Assembly (NCBI GenBank): GCA_001938485.1
Contig: MQRK01246435.1
Location: 42,449 to 106,448 of the forward strand
DNA from: Girardia tigrina
Lineage: Eukaryota
Reading direction: 5' to 3'
Length of the DNA: 64,000 bases
The notes beneath the pieces were generated by a model. It was not told the DNA's origin and ran no database searches. It was given only the letters and a program-made list of their open reading frames with translations. The translations under genes and the position numbers were made by a program. Shown piece by piece: positions 25,203-39,200 of this stretch (its first letter is position 1; each line of letters begins with the position of its first letter).

Positions 25203-28200
25203 TAAGAACAATTAAAAAATCAAGTATCAAGAATTCCATCACGAAAAAAGTTTTTTTACTGTATAACTAAAATAATTTTAATTTTTCGCTGTCACTCTAT
25301 TCCAATCTGCCATTCATATTCAAATAGCAATAGTTTTAGGACCAAACCTCGACACAAGTAGAACTAGCAACCATTAGTTTCACCCAATGAAAAAGCAGAA
25401 CTAGTAGCCTTGATCCAGGTTTTCTCAAAATCGAAGCCATGTTGGGAACTATAATTTGAAAATCCCAAGCATTCTGGTATAAGTTTCCTTGGTTTTATTC
25501 AAATGAAGAAATTAGATGCATAGTGGATATGTACTTTCAATCTTTGCATGTCAAGTATGTATGTGGTAGAACACTTCGCGTACTTTGTCCACAGCTCGGG
25601 TCACCAAAGGTTTTGTAGCAATTCTTTGTCACCTATTATAAAGATTCTGCTTTTTTATCCAGTTCAGCAGATTCTTGATGAATAATTCCTCTGTATTTCT
25701 AAGGAATGTCAAACTAAACTGTTTTTGAATTTGAGATGTGCTTTTCTTCTATCTCTTGTTCTCTATTCAAGTTCTCTTGACTGATGATTGTTTTGGTATG
25801 TGGGTATGTGAATAGGTTCATTATTTCAAGAAAGCTTCTATAAAGTCTCTGAGTCAAGTTCCAATTCCATTCTTGATTTCCTTCATTTTTATGATTGCAA
25901 TATTTCTTAATATTTCCTAAGGACAAGACTCATGAGAATGATAGACCGAATTATTATTCATGATATATCCATGATATCTCTAGCCTTTGTGCGCATCTCC
26001 GAATAATATCTTAGTCTAATTTTGACGACCTTGGTTTAACTGTTTCAGTTTTAATTGAAGCTATTGATATACATTTTACTAGGTATTAATATTTAAGATT
26101 ATGTGTCATTTATCTAATTATGGTCATTTAATTGTTAATCGACATCTTTACTATTTTTTCTCTTGTTTATTGCTTGTTTAATAAATATTTTTTAATAATT
26201 TGTAAGATTGTATTATTTTTGCAACAAATAACACAAAAGAATTTTTATTTATTATTATTATTATTATTATAATTTTTATTATTATTATAGTAATAATTAT
26301 TAATAATATTAATACTATCATTAAAAATTAAATTATCAATTAAAAATTCAAAAATATTAAAAATAATTTGAATTATTTTTTTAATAAATAATAAATTCAA
26401 ATTCAAATTAACAATTTCAACAAAAAATTAACTAAAACATAAATTACACATATAAATAATTAAAATAAATTAAATTTTCACTACACTTTTTCTAATTGAC
26501 AAATTAAGGGATCTTTTACAAACATGAAAAACATTGAAAATACAAAATATTTAAGACATAATTTTGGACTTTTTTTTAAAAATATTTTTATAATTTATCT
26601 AATAATTGAGAATAAATATTAAATAAAATGAAAAGTATTTTTTCAAATTTTTGTTTGTCTTATATTTCTTTCTTTTAATCGGATTTTTCTCGGACAAAAT
26701 CATTTTTTCTTTATTCTCTTTGTTTTTAAAAGCTTTTTCTTTTTCATTAGAATTTCTAATTCTTCATCAAAGTCATTTGTTTTCTTCGTGCATTCTAAAC
26801 TTCATTTAGTTCTTATTTTTGACACTTAGATTTATAAAGGAAAAGATGAAAAGGTCAAAGTCGATTTTCATTTGTCTTGTTAATCAAGCTGAAAGACTTT
26901 TCCTTGGAAAACTTTAAATTAAAAACATTTTTTTTCATTTTTTCTAATAATTTCAAGGTTATTCAATTTAAAACGTTATTAGAAAAATATAAATTATTGA
27001 TTTTCTAAGAAGATTTTTTTATCCTCTTATATCTCTAAGAAAAAATGGAAATAATGTTCTTGTAATTATATTAATATCTAAAAAGAAGGGAAAATAAAAT
27101 TTTTAATAAAACAAATTTAAAAGGGAACTGGGTAACGTTGTCAAATCAATAAACATTTTTCAAACGACAAATACAACTAAAACGATTTCCGTCGTAATTT
27201 AATAAGAAAATTGATACGGAATTAAAATATATTTAAATAAAAACGCAATGTTTAATTTCCAATAAAAATCTCAAAAAAAGCATTATTTCCTCAAAAAATA
27301 AAAATTTAAATTAGGAAGAAAAAAAATTATATATAACATATTATTAACTTAATAAAATATAAATAACATACTTTTAAAAAAAATAAATTATTCATTAGGT
27401 AGTAAATAAATTTTAATCGATAAATACATTTTGACTTATTTTAAAATATAAATTAATGAAAAATATAAATTAAAATGAATCAAAATTTAATGATCTAAAT
27501 TAATAGTTTTTAATGAAAAAATAATTTACTAAATGTAGAAAAATAATAAAATAATACAAAGTCTATTTGAGTTTTTTTTAAAAATAATTTTAGTTTTAAT
27601 TAGTTTTGTTAATTTTAATTGATTAAATAAAATTTTGCCGACATTTTAACTATTTCTTTTCGTTACAAATGCATTAAGAGGAAATTCCATTAAATTAATT
27701 CTCAACATTCGTTGAACTACTTGATTAAAGTGTTAGAAATTGTAAAATATGTCGATCATTTAGATTTACGATCCTTAAAAACGGGACGAAGGATGTAGGG
27801 AAGAGTCCATGAAATATAGGGCGGGATTTTTAGGTTTTATTAAACGATTTTCCAATTTACTTTTAGAAATGCAAGATGACAAAAATTTCAACGCTTTTCA
27901 ACAAAAAGTAGTTTAAAAGAAGTTTGACAGCAAAGTAAGAATTTCGAATTCTTTTCAAAGTTTCGAAAAAGTAAACTATTTTTAATTTTTATCATCCAAA
28001 GTTTAGGTATCTCAAGAGTCCAGTATTTTGTTAGACTCGTTTTAACAGTCTTCACCAAACACAGTTTTCAGACATCGCATATCGACTTACTTTTACATTT
28101 TTTCATCTACATTTTAATATTTAGTCTTTTATTTCGTAGTCTTTGGTAGTAACTTTGTTGTTCTACTTTTCACGTTTATCCTGTTTCTTTAAAATAACAT

Positions 28201-31200
28201 TTCTCCAAGTGCGAAGCCTTGTACATTGGAGAGACAAGTCGTCATCTCCGCACTAGAATTGCTGAACATACTCAATTGAGTAGAAATAGTTCGGTATTGA
28301 GCCATATTAAAAGATGTAAAGGTAATCTTGTGGATTACAATAAAGATTTTAAAGTGATTTTAAATAATTTTGACACAAATTATGAAAGGATTATTGCTGA
28401 AGCATTGTTAATAAAGCATCATAAACCATGCTTAAACGTGCAAGGTGATTCATCTAATCATATTAAAGTTTTTTAAATATCATTAAAATATATAAATGTT
28501 TTTTTCTAAAAAAAGAAAAAAAGCATGTTTTTGAGACGTATGATGTAATAGTTTTTCAACTATATAAATAGCAATTAATCACTTTATTTCATTGCACTGA
28601 AGATGCCGAAATGGTGAAACGCGTTTGTATTGGGAATAAATTTAATATTCAAAAATGGCCTTTTTTGTATAATATATATATAAAATCAATTTTTACAACT
28701 GAGAGGAATATTTTAAATTGTATGAATGTGTGAATGTAGTGATGTTGTATGTTGATTTGAGTATGTTGAATTTAGAATGGTGATTCTCCCACCCAGATGG
28801 AAATTGGTATTTTTAATATATTTACAATGATTGCCTATTCGAACATAATTAACATAATTATTTTATATTTTTTAAATAAACAATTAAAATGAAGTTTAAT
28901 ATTTTTTAAAAAAACAAAAAGAAAAGCATTTAATTAGATTTAAATTAAATTCAATTTTAACAATTTTATAAAGTTTATATTATTCTGAGTTTTTATTCAG
29001 AAATGGTTAAAATTATTACTTTTAATTAAAGCTTTTATAAAATAAAATATTTTAAAAAGACTTTAAAAAATTGTTCGAATAATCATGATTAAAAATAGAA
29101 ATAACAAAACCAATTAGAGCGATGTCCAACAGTCTTGCGAGAGTTGTAATGACTCTTAATGAGATAATAATCAAGATGCTAATGAAAAGTTAATATGAAG
29201 AATTATACATTGAGAATAAGTTCACATCTTAACGGCAAAAAATATTTTCAACACAATTGATCATTAAATATATATGAGGATGATGATTATGTAATCGAAT
29301 ATGTAATAAAGGCTCTATTAGAAAATGTTTAATAGAGAAGTTAAGTGTGAAGCTTGGATATTAATTTTTGAATCCATGGATCTTATTAATAGGGCCTCAC
29401 ACGTTACTCTCTCCCAGTAATTTTTAAATCGATTAATTAAAATTAAAAATTACATAATTGATTGCATAACCATCATCTTCATATATAAGCTGCAAAAGTC
29501 AGTGTTAATTTAGTCTGAAGATGGCGGGTTATCCGCCGAAATTAATTACAATAAATTTTGAAAAATGTCGTTTAGTTTTTAATCCAGATTTTAAATTACC
29601 ATTTTTTTAAATTCCTTATTTGAAAATAGTTTATTTTTATAATTAAAATAGTTTTTAAATTCAAAAATTTTATAAAATTAAAGGTAATACAAAATTTCGA
29701 AAATAATAAATCTGCTTATTTATATTTACAATTATTTTAATTTTATTGGTTTGTGCTAGAAAAATTCAAAAATTGTTACCAAGAAATTTGATTAAGAAAA
29801 CTTGTTTGAATAATATTTATATTTTTGTTATTAAATAAAAGTTTGGAAAATGTCTGTACTGTCATCTGAAAATAATACTGAGCCGTACACTGCTTTTTGT
29901 CTACTGAGAGTCCAAATATTTTGTCTAAAAAATCAAATAATATGGAACGGAACATTTTTCAAATGTTATTATTATTGTCTAAAATATCTAAAAGCTTTTT
30001 AAATAAATATAATAATTGTTTTAAAGTGAAATCCGGATGATAATTTTTTATTGAAAACAAAACTCATCCATTTAAAAATATATTTATAGACAATATATTT
30101 CGACGGATCTACCGTCATCTTCAGGTCACTGATTAATAATTAATTCGCCTGTATACAAATACAAAAATGAATATTATGCAATCGATTGCATGAAATCATG
30201 CTAATCAAAAATTCTCAATAAGCTGGTTGAGACTGCCGATTGAACATTGATTTTAGGGCAACGTGACCTAATTAACAATGCTTCACACGACACTCTCTCC
30301 CAATAACTGTCAAAATGCTTACACAGAATTTTGAAATTATCAATGTTAATATCACATTTACATTTCTTCCTATGTTCTGCAATATTACTCTTACTCTCTT
30401 TTCGACCATGTTCTTGAATTCGTTTACAGAGATGACGGGCAGTCTCTCCAATGTGTGTAGCATCGCACCCATTACATTTATATTCATAAACAATATCAGA
30501 ACAAAGTGTTAAAGGTGTAATAGATTTATTACTGAATATATTTTGAATTTTATGAGATCGTGATATAATTTTTATATTTAATTCATTGTTAATTGCTTTC
30601 AAAAATTCATTTTTAAAGTTTTTAAATACTTCAGAATAAGGTACAATTAAACAATATTTACGCATATTATTCATATCTAATGGCCCTTCGATTTCTTTCT
30701 TAGATCCATCAGGAGAAACTCAGATTTTTCGAAAAATCTTTCAAAAGTATTTTATCTACTGTTTCCTTTATTAATTTTTTCTAGAAAAGATTTAGAATAA
30801 CCATTCTGATTTAAAAAGGAACTTAGTTTATTAACACTTCCTACAGATTTAAGAAAAGTGGAAGACAACGACCAGGAGCGATAAATTAAGCATTTAATCA
30901 TGTTTCTTTTATTCTTCAGTTCAAAAAAACTGTCCGGTGAAGTATATAAGCCTGTATCAGTTTGCTTCCTATAAATTCCAGTCTCGTAACTAAGAGATTT
31001 TCTTTCAATCAAAAGATCCTGAAAAGGTAAAACTTCATTTTGATTAGCATGATTTCATGCAATCGATTACATAATCATCATTTTTGTATTTATATACAGG
31101 TGAATTGATTATTAATCAGTGACATGAAGATGACGGTTGATCCGTCGAAATATATTGTCTCTAAATATATTTTTTATTGGACGAGTTTTTTTTAATTGTT

Positions 31201-33035
31201 TTAAAGATTTATGTTTTATATTTTAATTTAAAACCTGTATATATTTAAAAGAAATGAATTAAAGAAAATTTAATTAATTATTTTATTATTTCTTTCAAAA
31301 CAAACATTGAAAAAAAATATTAACAACCAAAAATAAAAAAAGGAAAATAAAATTAAAAATTTTAAAACAATCATACAATTTACAAGGCATCATTTCAGCA
31401 GTGATTGTTGGTTGTAAAAGGCAACCCACCAATTTACTTACAGAACGGAAATGATGGCAAAACCTAGAAAAAAGTTTCCCACAAACTCAAGTAAACTGTT
31501 TGTAAACTCAATTATTGACAAGTTCGGAAAAAGCTGTCATATTTCTTGGTTACCAAAATTAAATTATTTTTTTTCTTTAAAAAAATAAATCAAATTTCAT
31601 GAAAATATATTTGAAATTTGGTTTTATTTGAAATTTCACGGAAGNNNNNNNNNNNNNNNNNNNNNNNNNNNNNNNNNNNNNNNNNNNNNNNNNNNNNNNN
31701 NNNNNNNNNNNNNNNNNNNNNNNNNNNNNNNNNNNNNNNNNNNNNNNNNNNNNNNNNNNNNNNNNNNNNNNNNNNNNNNNNNNNTTTGTTTGTCGGTAAC
31801 GCTATGATCAAAATGTGATATTGCAGAGGAACCCTAGCGAATTCTGCATAGTTCAATCTGTAAAGCCAGAATCGAGACGGTTCTGTCGTTACAGCACCTT
31901 TGTCGAAAGACACCGGGAGCCGATTTAATTGACCGACACATAACATAATTCAACACATAATTCGAAACAAGAAATGATAAATTATAATAATTACCATTTA
32001 ACAATTAAAACAGCATTATAAAAACAGCTTTTAAACTACCGATATTATTGGAAATTAGTAAGCAGCTTTTGAAAACCTTCAATTTTATGCTGAAATAATT
32101 TACAGAAATCCAGGAATATCACTATGATGAGTAAGTAAATTTTAATAATCTAGAAATGATTATTTTTATGGAAAATGTATTATTATAAATAATAGTATAA
32201 TATTATAAAAAATATAATATTATAAAAAAACAGCCAATTTTTGTTCTAAGCTCAGCTTTAATATAATACTATAAAAAATAAATAAATAAATATTATTAAT
32301 TAAAATATATTAACTAAAAATTTAACTGACAAATAAAAAGAATAGAGTTTTTCAATCACACAAAAGAAATGAAGAAATTTAGAGGAGAAATAAATAATGA
32401 TAATTTACTTATTTATTACTTATTATTTTATTTGTTTGATGTGGATTTACCATTTTCTGAATGTGCGTGTAATTTGAGGTAAGTTTCAATGAAAAATGTT
32501 CCTTCGGGTTTTAATTTTTATGGGCGATCGTCATAACTAATAAACTGTCGAGATATATCTTTAATAAATAAAAAACTCAATCTGATTTCCAAGCTAATTT
32601 AGTATATCAATTTAAATACCACAAGTGTGAATCCTTGTACATTGGAGAAACAAATCGTCATCTCCGCACTAGAATAGCTGAACACACCCAATTGAGTAGG
32701 AATAGCTCGATTCTAGATCACATTAAAAAATGCAGAAATAGAGATAAAGTTAACTATGACACTAAATTTACAATCTTGAAGAAATATTTCGACACATATA
32801 ATGAGAGGATAGTCACTGAGGCATTATTAATAAACCATTTAAAGCCATGCCTAAATGTTCAAAGGGAATTATACAATCTTTTAAAAATTTTGTAATAATT
32901 AAGAAAAGATTAATTGTGTTAATGGGCCATATAAATGACTTGTAATTCGAAATTATTTCACAGCTGATGATGTTGTAATGGTGAAACATGTTTTGTATAA
33001 TAAAGAAAACTATTAAAATGGCTTGTTTTCTTTAT

Positions 33036-33108
<73 letters not shown>

Positions 33109-36100
33109 NNNNNNNNNNNNNNNNNNNNNNNNNNNNNNNNNNNNNNNNNNNNNNNNNNNNNNNNNNNNNNNNNNNNNNNNNNNNNNNNNNNNNNNNNNNN
33201 NNNNNNNNNNNNNNNNNNNNNNNNNNNNNNNNNNNNNNNNNNNNNNNNNNNNNNNNNNNNNNNNNNNNNNNNNNNNNNNNNNNNNNNNNNNNNNNNNNNN
33301 NNNNNNNNNNNNNNNNNNNNNNNNNNNNNNNNNNNNNNNNNNNNNNNNNNNNNNNNNNNNNNNNNNNNNNNNNNNNNNNNNNNNNNNNNNNNNNNNNNNN
33401 NNNNNNNNNNNNNNNNNNNNNNNNNNNNNNNNNNNNNNNNNNNNNNNNNNNNNNNNNNNNNNNNNNNNNNNNNNNNNNNNNNNNNNNNNNNNNNNNNNNN
33501 NNNNNNNNNNNNNNNNNNNNNNNNNNNNNNNNNNNNNNNNNNNNNNNNNNNNNNNNNNNNNNCACCTACTATTTGATTCCACCTACTATTTTAATAGTAG
33601 GTGGAAAATTTTTTGAAAACTTCATTACACCTACTATTTCATGTCCACCTACTATTTGATGTTATCCGTTATTTATTTTTACTAGTGTTACAATAGGTTA
33701 AATGTTTGATAAATACGCAACGCATTAATAGTTGACTAAAATGTAACTCCTAATCTGTAAGTCATACATGTTATTCTTATGGTACCTCTTTAATTAAGCG
33801 TAGTTAGACCTTTCATTACATTTATTAACATGACTTTGAATGTAATATAATTACACAAAAAACTAAAATATTTATTTCGATAATACGTAAACAAAAAGAG
33901 ATAGAACTCGAAAAAATAAATCATATACAAAAAGTGGGAGTTGTACTTCTGAGAGAGAGATTAGTAAAATCAGATTCTCAGACATGTAAACAAAACAAAA
34001 TTTACTCTTTTAAATATCAAATATATTTATAGTTTTTTAATATAAATAAAATTGGTAATTATACAAAAATATAAAAATAAATTTAGTTTACTTTTATTTC
34101 ATTTTCTCTTTTCTGTTGATCACTCAAATGATTCTTTTGTGCTGTTTTAGGTGACATCTTTCTAACGCTTACCGGACTTTGGGTATCCTCAGATGTTTCT
34201 TCTGATCTATTAGGAGCTGATCTACTTTGCTTAGATGATGACGAGGAAGCTGTAGATTGTTATCAACTATTGAAAGATATTAAATAAATTTACATTGTGA
34301 TTGTTGTTTTTCTGGTGTTTGTGGTCTTGGAGCAGCTCCTAGTGAGCTTTCACTTGTTGAGTCGTTTTGTGACGAAACTTCACTGTCTCTCATGATACTC
34401 TCGTATCCACTGCTAGTATGACCACCGCCTCTTCTTTGAGAACGTCTTAATAATTGATGTTGATCAATATTGCATTGATCGATATGATTGAGGCAAGTTC
34501 CTTCTTCATCTATATTTGTACATTCCCTGCATTTGATATGCCCAGCAAGTTCAGCAAATTTATGTTGATGACCATATACACTTGAGCAATCACTACCGTG
34601 TCCGCTACTTGAATGAGTCGAATGTTTCGGTTGAGTAACGGTACAATATGGACTAATAACTTTTGATGAATTTTCGTGCTGCCCATGATGAATACTACAA
34701 ACAGAAGTTTGGGAATTATTCTTTGGTTGTTTAGGAGACTTTGATAAATTAGGAATTAAATTCTTTTCTTTTTCTTTCTTTTTTCCAAATAACGGACTTG
34801 TTAGGAAGCTTAATTTTTTCTTTGATTCCTTAAAAAATAAACAATGAAACAAATTATTATTTAATATTAAAATTCATTTTAATGTAAAAAATATTTAACA
34901 CAAATTTTAAGATTGTAAAATTAAAATTCTTTCTGATTAAATAAATGGAAAATGAAAAATCCTACAATTTTAGAATGTTATTATTAATAATATATAATAT
35001 TAAATCAACGAAAAACATAAATACCAAGCTAAAAATTGGTCATACAAGTTTATTGCTGGAGGAATTTATTAAAATGAAAAATATAAAAATTGTTGAGTCA
35101 AAATAATATGAATTTGAGAGGAATTTTATCCGTTAATTATCAGCAAAAGAATAAATCTTTTTTGAATAAAGCATAATCATTAGTCTTTTATCAATCTATC
35201 TTATGTGGTTTGGAATGTTGTTGTTGCTTAACTAGAACTTTTTTGTATATTTTCAGTATTCTTAAGTTATAACCTGTCTAAACTCTTGGACCTGTTTACG
35301 GGGCTAAAAAGAAAAGTACACTAAGTATCTAAGTCTTGGATACTACGTCAGAAATTCTTAAAATATTTTTGGCTTAATAACTATGGATCTTAACTAAGAG
35401 CAAGCCTTTCTTGGTGCAGCCACTTTAGCTTAGTTAAGGTTACTAGTTCTTGGAGCTTAGGAAGCAATGAGGATGACTAAATTATTTCAGGGAAAGTTTG
35501 ATAAGAAATTTTCGTAAGCACGTTTCCCAAACGATATTACTGAAAGTTTCCTTTCCAATAGAGCTGCACATTATCATATATCATTTGAAATAACTTTACA
35601 ATAATAAAATAGTACTTGTCAGGACTAAAAATCTTTGGACTCCCATAAATATGTAACTAAATATTTAACTAAAGAATAAAAATATCATAGAACTTGTAAC
35701 AAGTTTGTTTCAAAATTTTTAATGACTGAAATCAGGAAAGTTCAAGAAAAAATGTATCAGTATTCTGATTAATATTAACTTGTAAATCAAAAATATTGTT
35801 TTCATATCTATTCTTTATGCGGGCAGAACTCTACTTGACCAAGGGATTTTTGTTATCTTTTGTTGAAGGGAAAAGTGCTATTACATTTATTAATATTATT
35901 AATATTTATTAATACTTCTTTATCTTTACTTTTCTTGCGTAATATATACTACTTATGATTTAAAGATATATGTTTTTCAATTAATATTGTTCAGGAAATC
36001 TAATGGGACCGTCTGTCCCAATTCTGAGACCTTAACAAGTTTTTTAATCAAATATTTACATTATCATTTATTGTCATCGAGAATGAGTAAGTGTGCAAAG

Positions 36101-36161
36101 ATTGGAGAAAATTGATTGAGTGAAAGGTCTACAAAAATATGTTTCTAAATTTCATGGATAC

Positions 36162-36201
<40 letters not shown>

Positions 36202-39200
36202 TGAGAGAGAAAGAGAAAATAAGCTAATAAAAATATGGAGAAATTGGATGAAATCCACTCAGTCTGCCACTTCGAATGGCACATACTTGATATTAAGTGT
36301 ATTTTTGAATTTAATAGATGCCCTAAAATAGCTTTTGCAGACGAATACTACCATGATTGTAAGATATTATTTCCTGATAATACCTCTTTTCAAACATTCA
36401 AACAGCACAAGGAATGATTGCAAAACATTAAATTATGCAGTTGAATCCTCAACCATGCAGCTAAATTATTTACTTGTCAGTCCATTGAAGAAAATTTTTC
36501 ACTTAACAAAAATAAATTTACAAATAAATTGAAAGAAATTGAGGCTCATTTTATCTCATAAAACATCCAATTCTCTTTTCACACGGGCCATACGTTCCAG
36601 AAAAACCACCAAAAAATAATTACAAAAGACATGATACTTCAACATCTATAAAACACAGTTATAAACTTGTCATTGAACATCAAGGGGATCTTTTATATCT
36701 GAAACACGCGTTAATAACAGTCATATTAACCAGGGCTTCAACTTTCCCGCGAATGTGAATTCTCTTGAAATTAATTTTTAGGATTTCAATTTCCCATTTT
36801 CAATTCCGGGAAATGGAATTTTAAAATTTCCATTCCCATTCCAATATTTTACGGAAGTTCTAATTCCAGAGAATTTCAATTAGCGGGAGCACTTATGTCG
36901 GACATATGAGTGAACAAATAAATATGATGTAAAAATGAAAATGATTTAGATAATGCATACAAAAAATAATAAAATATATCTTAAATATTTTTTTTAGTTT
37001 AACAATGCATTATTTTTATTATTTTTTACAAAGTATTCAAAAATTAATCTGAATTTCAGTTTTAAAATTCCCAATACCATTCCCATTGCCGGGTGTTAAA
37101 AAATATCAAATTCGGTTCCCAACCAGGACAATACGAAAAGAAATGTTTCTCGAATCCGATCTGTGGTAAGCGAACTCGATATTTTCAACTCGTTTAGAAA
37201 AACCAAATTTAACTATGATATGAGATCGACTAAATTAATCAAGCTCAATGTATCCCTTTTCAGTCTGATTAACTTAGTCGGAATTACGTTGACACGATCA
37301 GTTGATGAGGATGAGAGAACGATAAAATCCAAAATTGTATAATTTAATCAAATAACATTTAATAAAATAGTAACCTTTACAATCGAATGAAATCTGTCAC
37401 AATATTTTCTGCCAAAATATAATCGGATAGTTAGTTATGAGGAGTCAAATTATAAGGTTTTGTAATAATGTTCATCAAAATTCAATCGTCAGTTGGATTC
37501 GGTAATAATAATTTTCGTCGAAATTCAATCTTCAGTTGGATTTAATAGTCAGGTAAATTAGTAAATATTAATTATAAATATTAATTCTGTATCATTTTGA
37601 ATTTGAATTCAAATTAAAATTGAAATTACATAAATATTTTTGATAATATAATAATTTGTCTTGACTGAGATAATTTTCTTATTGTCTTTCAACAATTGTC
37701 TTCCTTTCTTTAAATGATTTTTCCTTCGTTCTTTTATTAGTTTTCTCCCGATTACGATACTTTACTCACCCCAACTTTTGGGAATGATTAAACTTCTTCT
37801 TTTACGGATTTTTCGACTTGGGCTCTTCCTCGATAATCACATAAGTAAAACGATATAAAAAAATAAAAAAAACAAAGATAAACACAACACAAATAATCTA
37901 CATCATATAAAAAAATATAAACACTGTGATTAATAAATCGGCACATATGCAGGACAACAACAGACGTTGTGACACACTCAACAAAAAGGAATGAATAACA
38001 AAAGTAAACAAACTCGTCCGAAAGAAATAAAGAGAATAGGGTACACGCATGTGAAAACATCAAATACATGCTGTTTGTTAAAAATGAGGTATTACACTGG
38101 GAATACAAAATTTAAAAATTTTAATTTCCATTCCCATAAAAAGTTGAAGCCTTGATATAAACTATTTAAAACGTTCGATACTTCCATTTTCGTCTGGATT
38201 TGTCGCTATGAATTAAAAATTATGAACCCCTCAAAATTTAAAATGTAATGAAGACAATATTTCAAATACTACTTTAATGACTATGTTTAAATAATTAAAA
38301 AAAATATTACCAACATAAAAAATTACTTTTTTCGTTTTAATTTTATTATTTTCACATTTAATTTCTTTATTTTTTTCTTTAATCTTTTCTCGTCTATTGG
38401 AATTTACTAATTGCTTTTTGTCGGTACTTGATCCCGAACTTTTTCCTGGGGATGTACTTGAGGATCGTCTTTTGACAGCCTTTGATGAGTCTTCTTGTAA
38501 TTGTTTGGCTGGTGTGCTCAAGCTCGAAGTCATGACCACATAATGGTAGCCTCCAGTGTTAGTAATTGGGATGAAATCTATGGGACTTTTATTGGAATTC
38601 TTTGTCAATTTATTTTTACATGGAGAGTTTGGAACCGAATATTGATTACAGTCATCAATGGTACTATTGGAAGACAATTTACATCGACCAAATAAGGCAT
38701 TTTTAATTAAGGAACTAGATCGAGTTTTGCTGGGGGAATGTCTTTCCAAAATTTGTCTGGTTGGAGAATTTTTATTATTGTGTTTAGATGAACCATGATT
38801 AATATGTTTTGACGTTTGGTTTTGGGTTCTTTGCTGATTTGTGACATTCATCATAGTGTCTTCATTTTGGGAATTTCCTCTTTGAAGAGACGGATTTGAT
38901 TGTTGGTTGTCGCTTTTTGTTAAATTTTGGGATTTCTTTGAACTAATGATTTCTTGTTGATAAAAATGATTTGAAGGTAAAGGAATAGAATCAAATGTTC
39001 TGGAACCTGCTGAAACACCAGGAAATCGAACAGGAGAATTAGAAAGATCTGATGAATCCGGATATATATTTTGATAATTTCCTGGTTGGGAAATATTGAT
39101 GAGACCCTGAGCACGTCGATCAAGTGATCGGTAGTTAAAAGTAGTTTGTAATGAGTTATGAGGCTGGAAGATTTCATTACTAACTAGATTTATTTTGTTA

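Larger units (their letters stand above)
30027..31192 (-). mobile_element. Penelope-like element with inverted pLTR at its 5' end
   Basis: Same family as 11188-12283; inverted pLTR at about 31038-31192; 14-bp TSD TAATTGTTTTAAAG at 30013-30026 and 31193-31206. Confidence 0.93.

Noticed and set aside
26850-26865. DR1/HNF4-like site AGGTCAAAGTCG
   Set aside because: A single short motif is expected by chance in 64 kb, and no supporting data are available.
32988-33659. Long ORFs with IYIYIY and X runs (also 23319-23816, 31590-31946 in part, 60847-61050)
   Set aside because: Artefacts of (TA)n microsatellites and N gaps.
34267-34293. 27-bp intron using the AG at 34267-34268
   Set aside because: That frame runs into TAA and loses the SRSAP motif. 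The 44-bp intron keeps the frame to the next exon.
37471-37543. Tandem ~43-bp units with minus-strand CTGA(A/C)GA...GAA resembling hammerheads
   Set aside because: No proper stem I or III and only a 1-nt stem II loop. Treated as an internal duplication of the hAT element.
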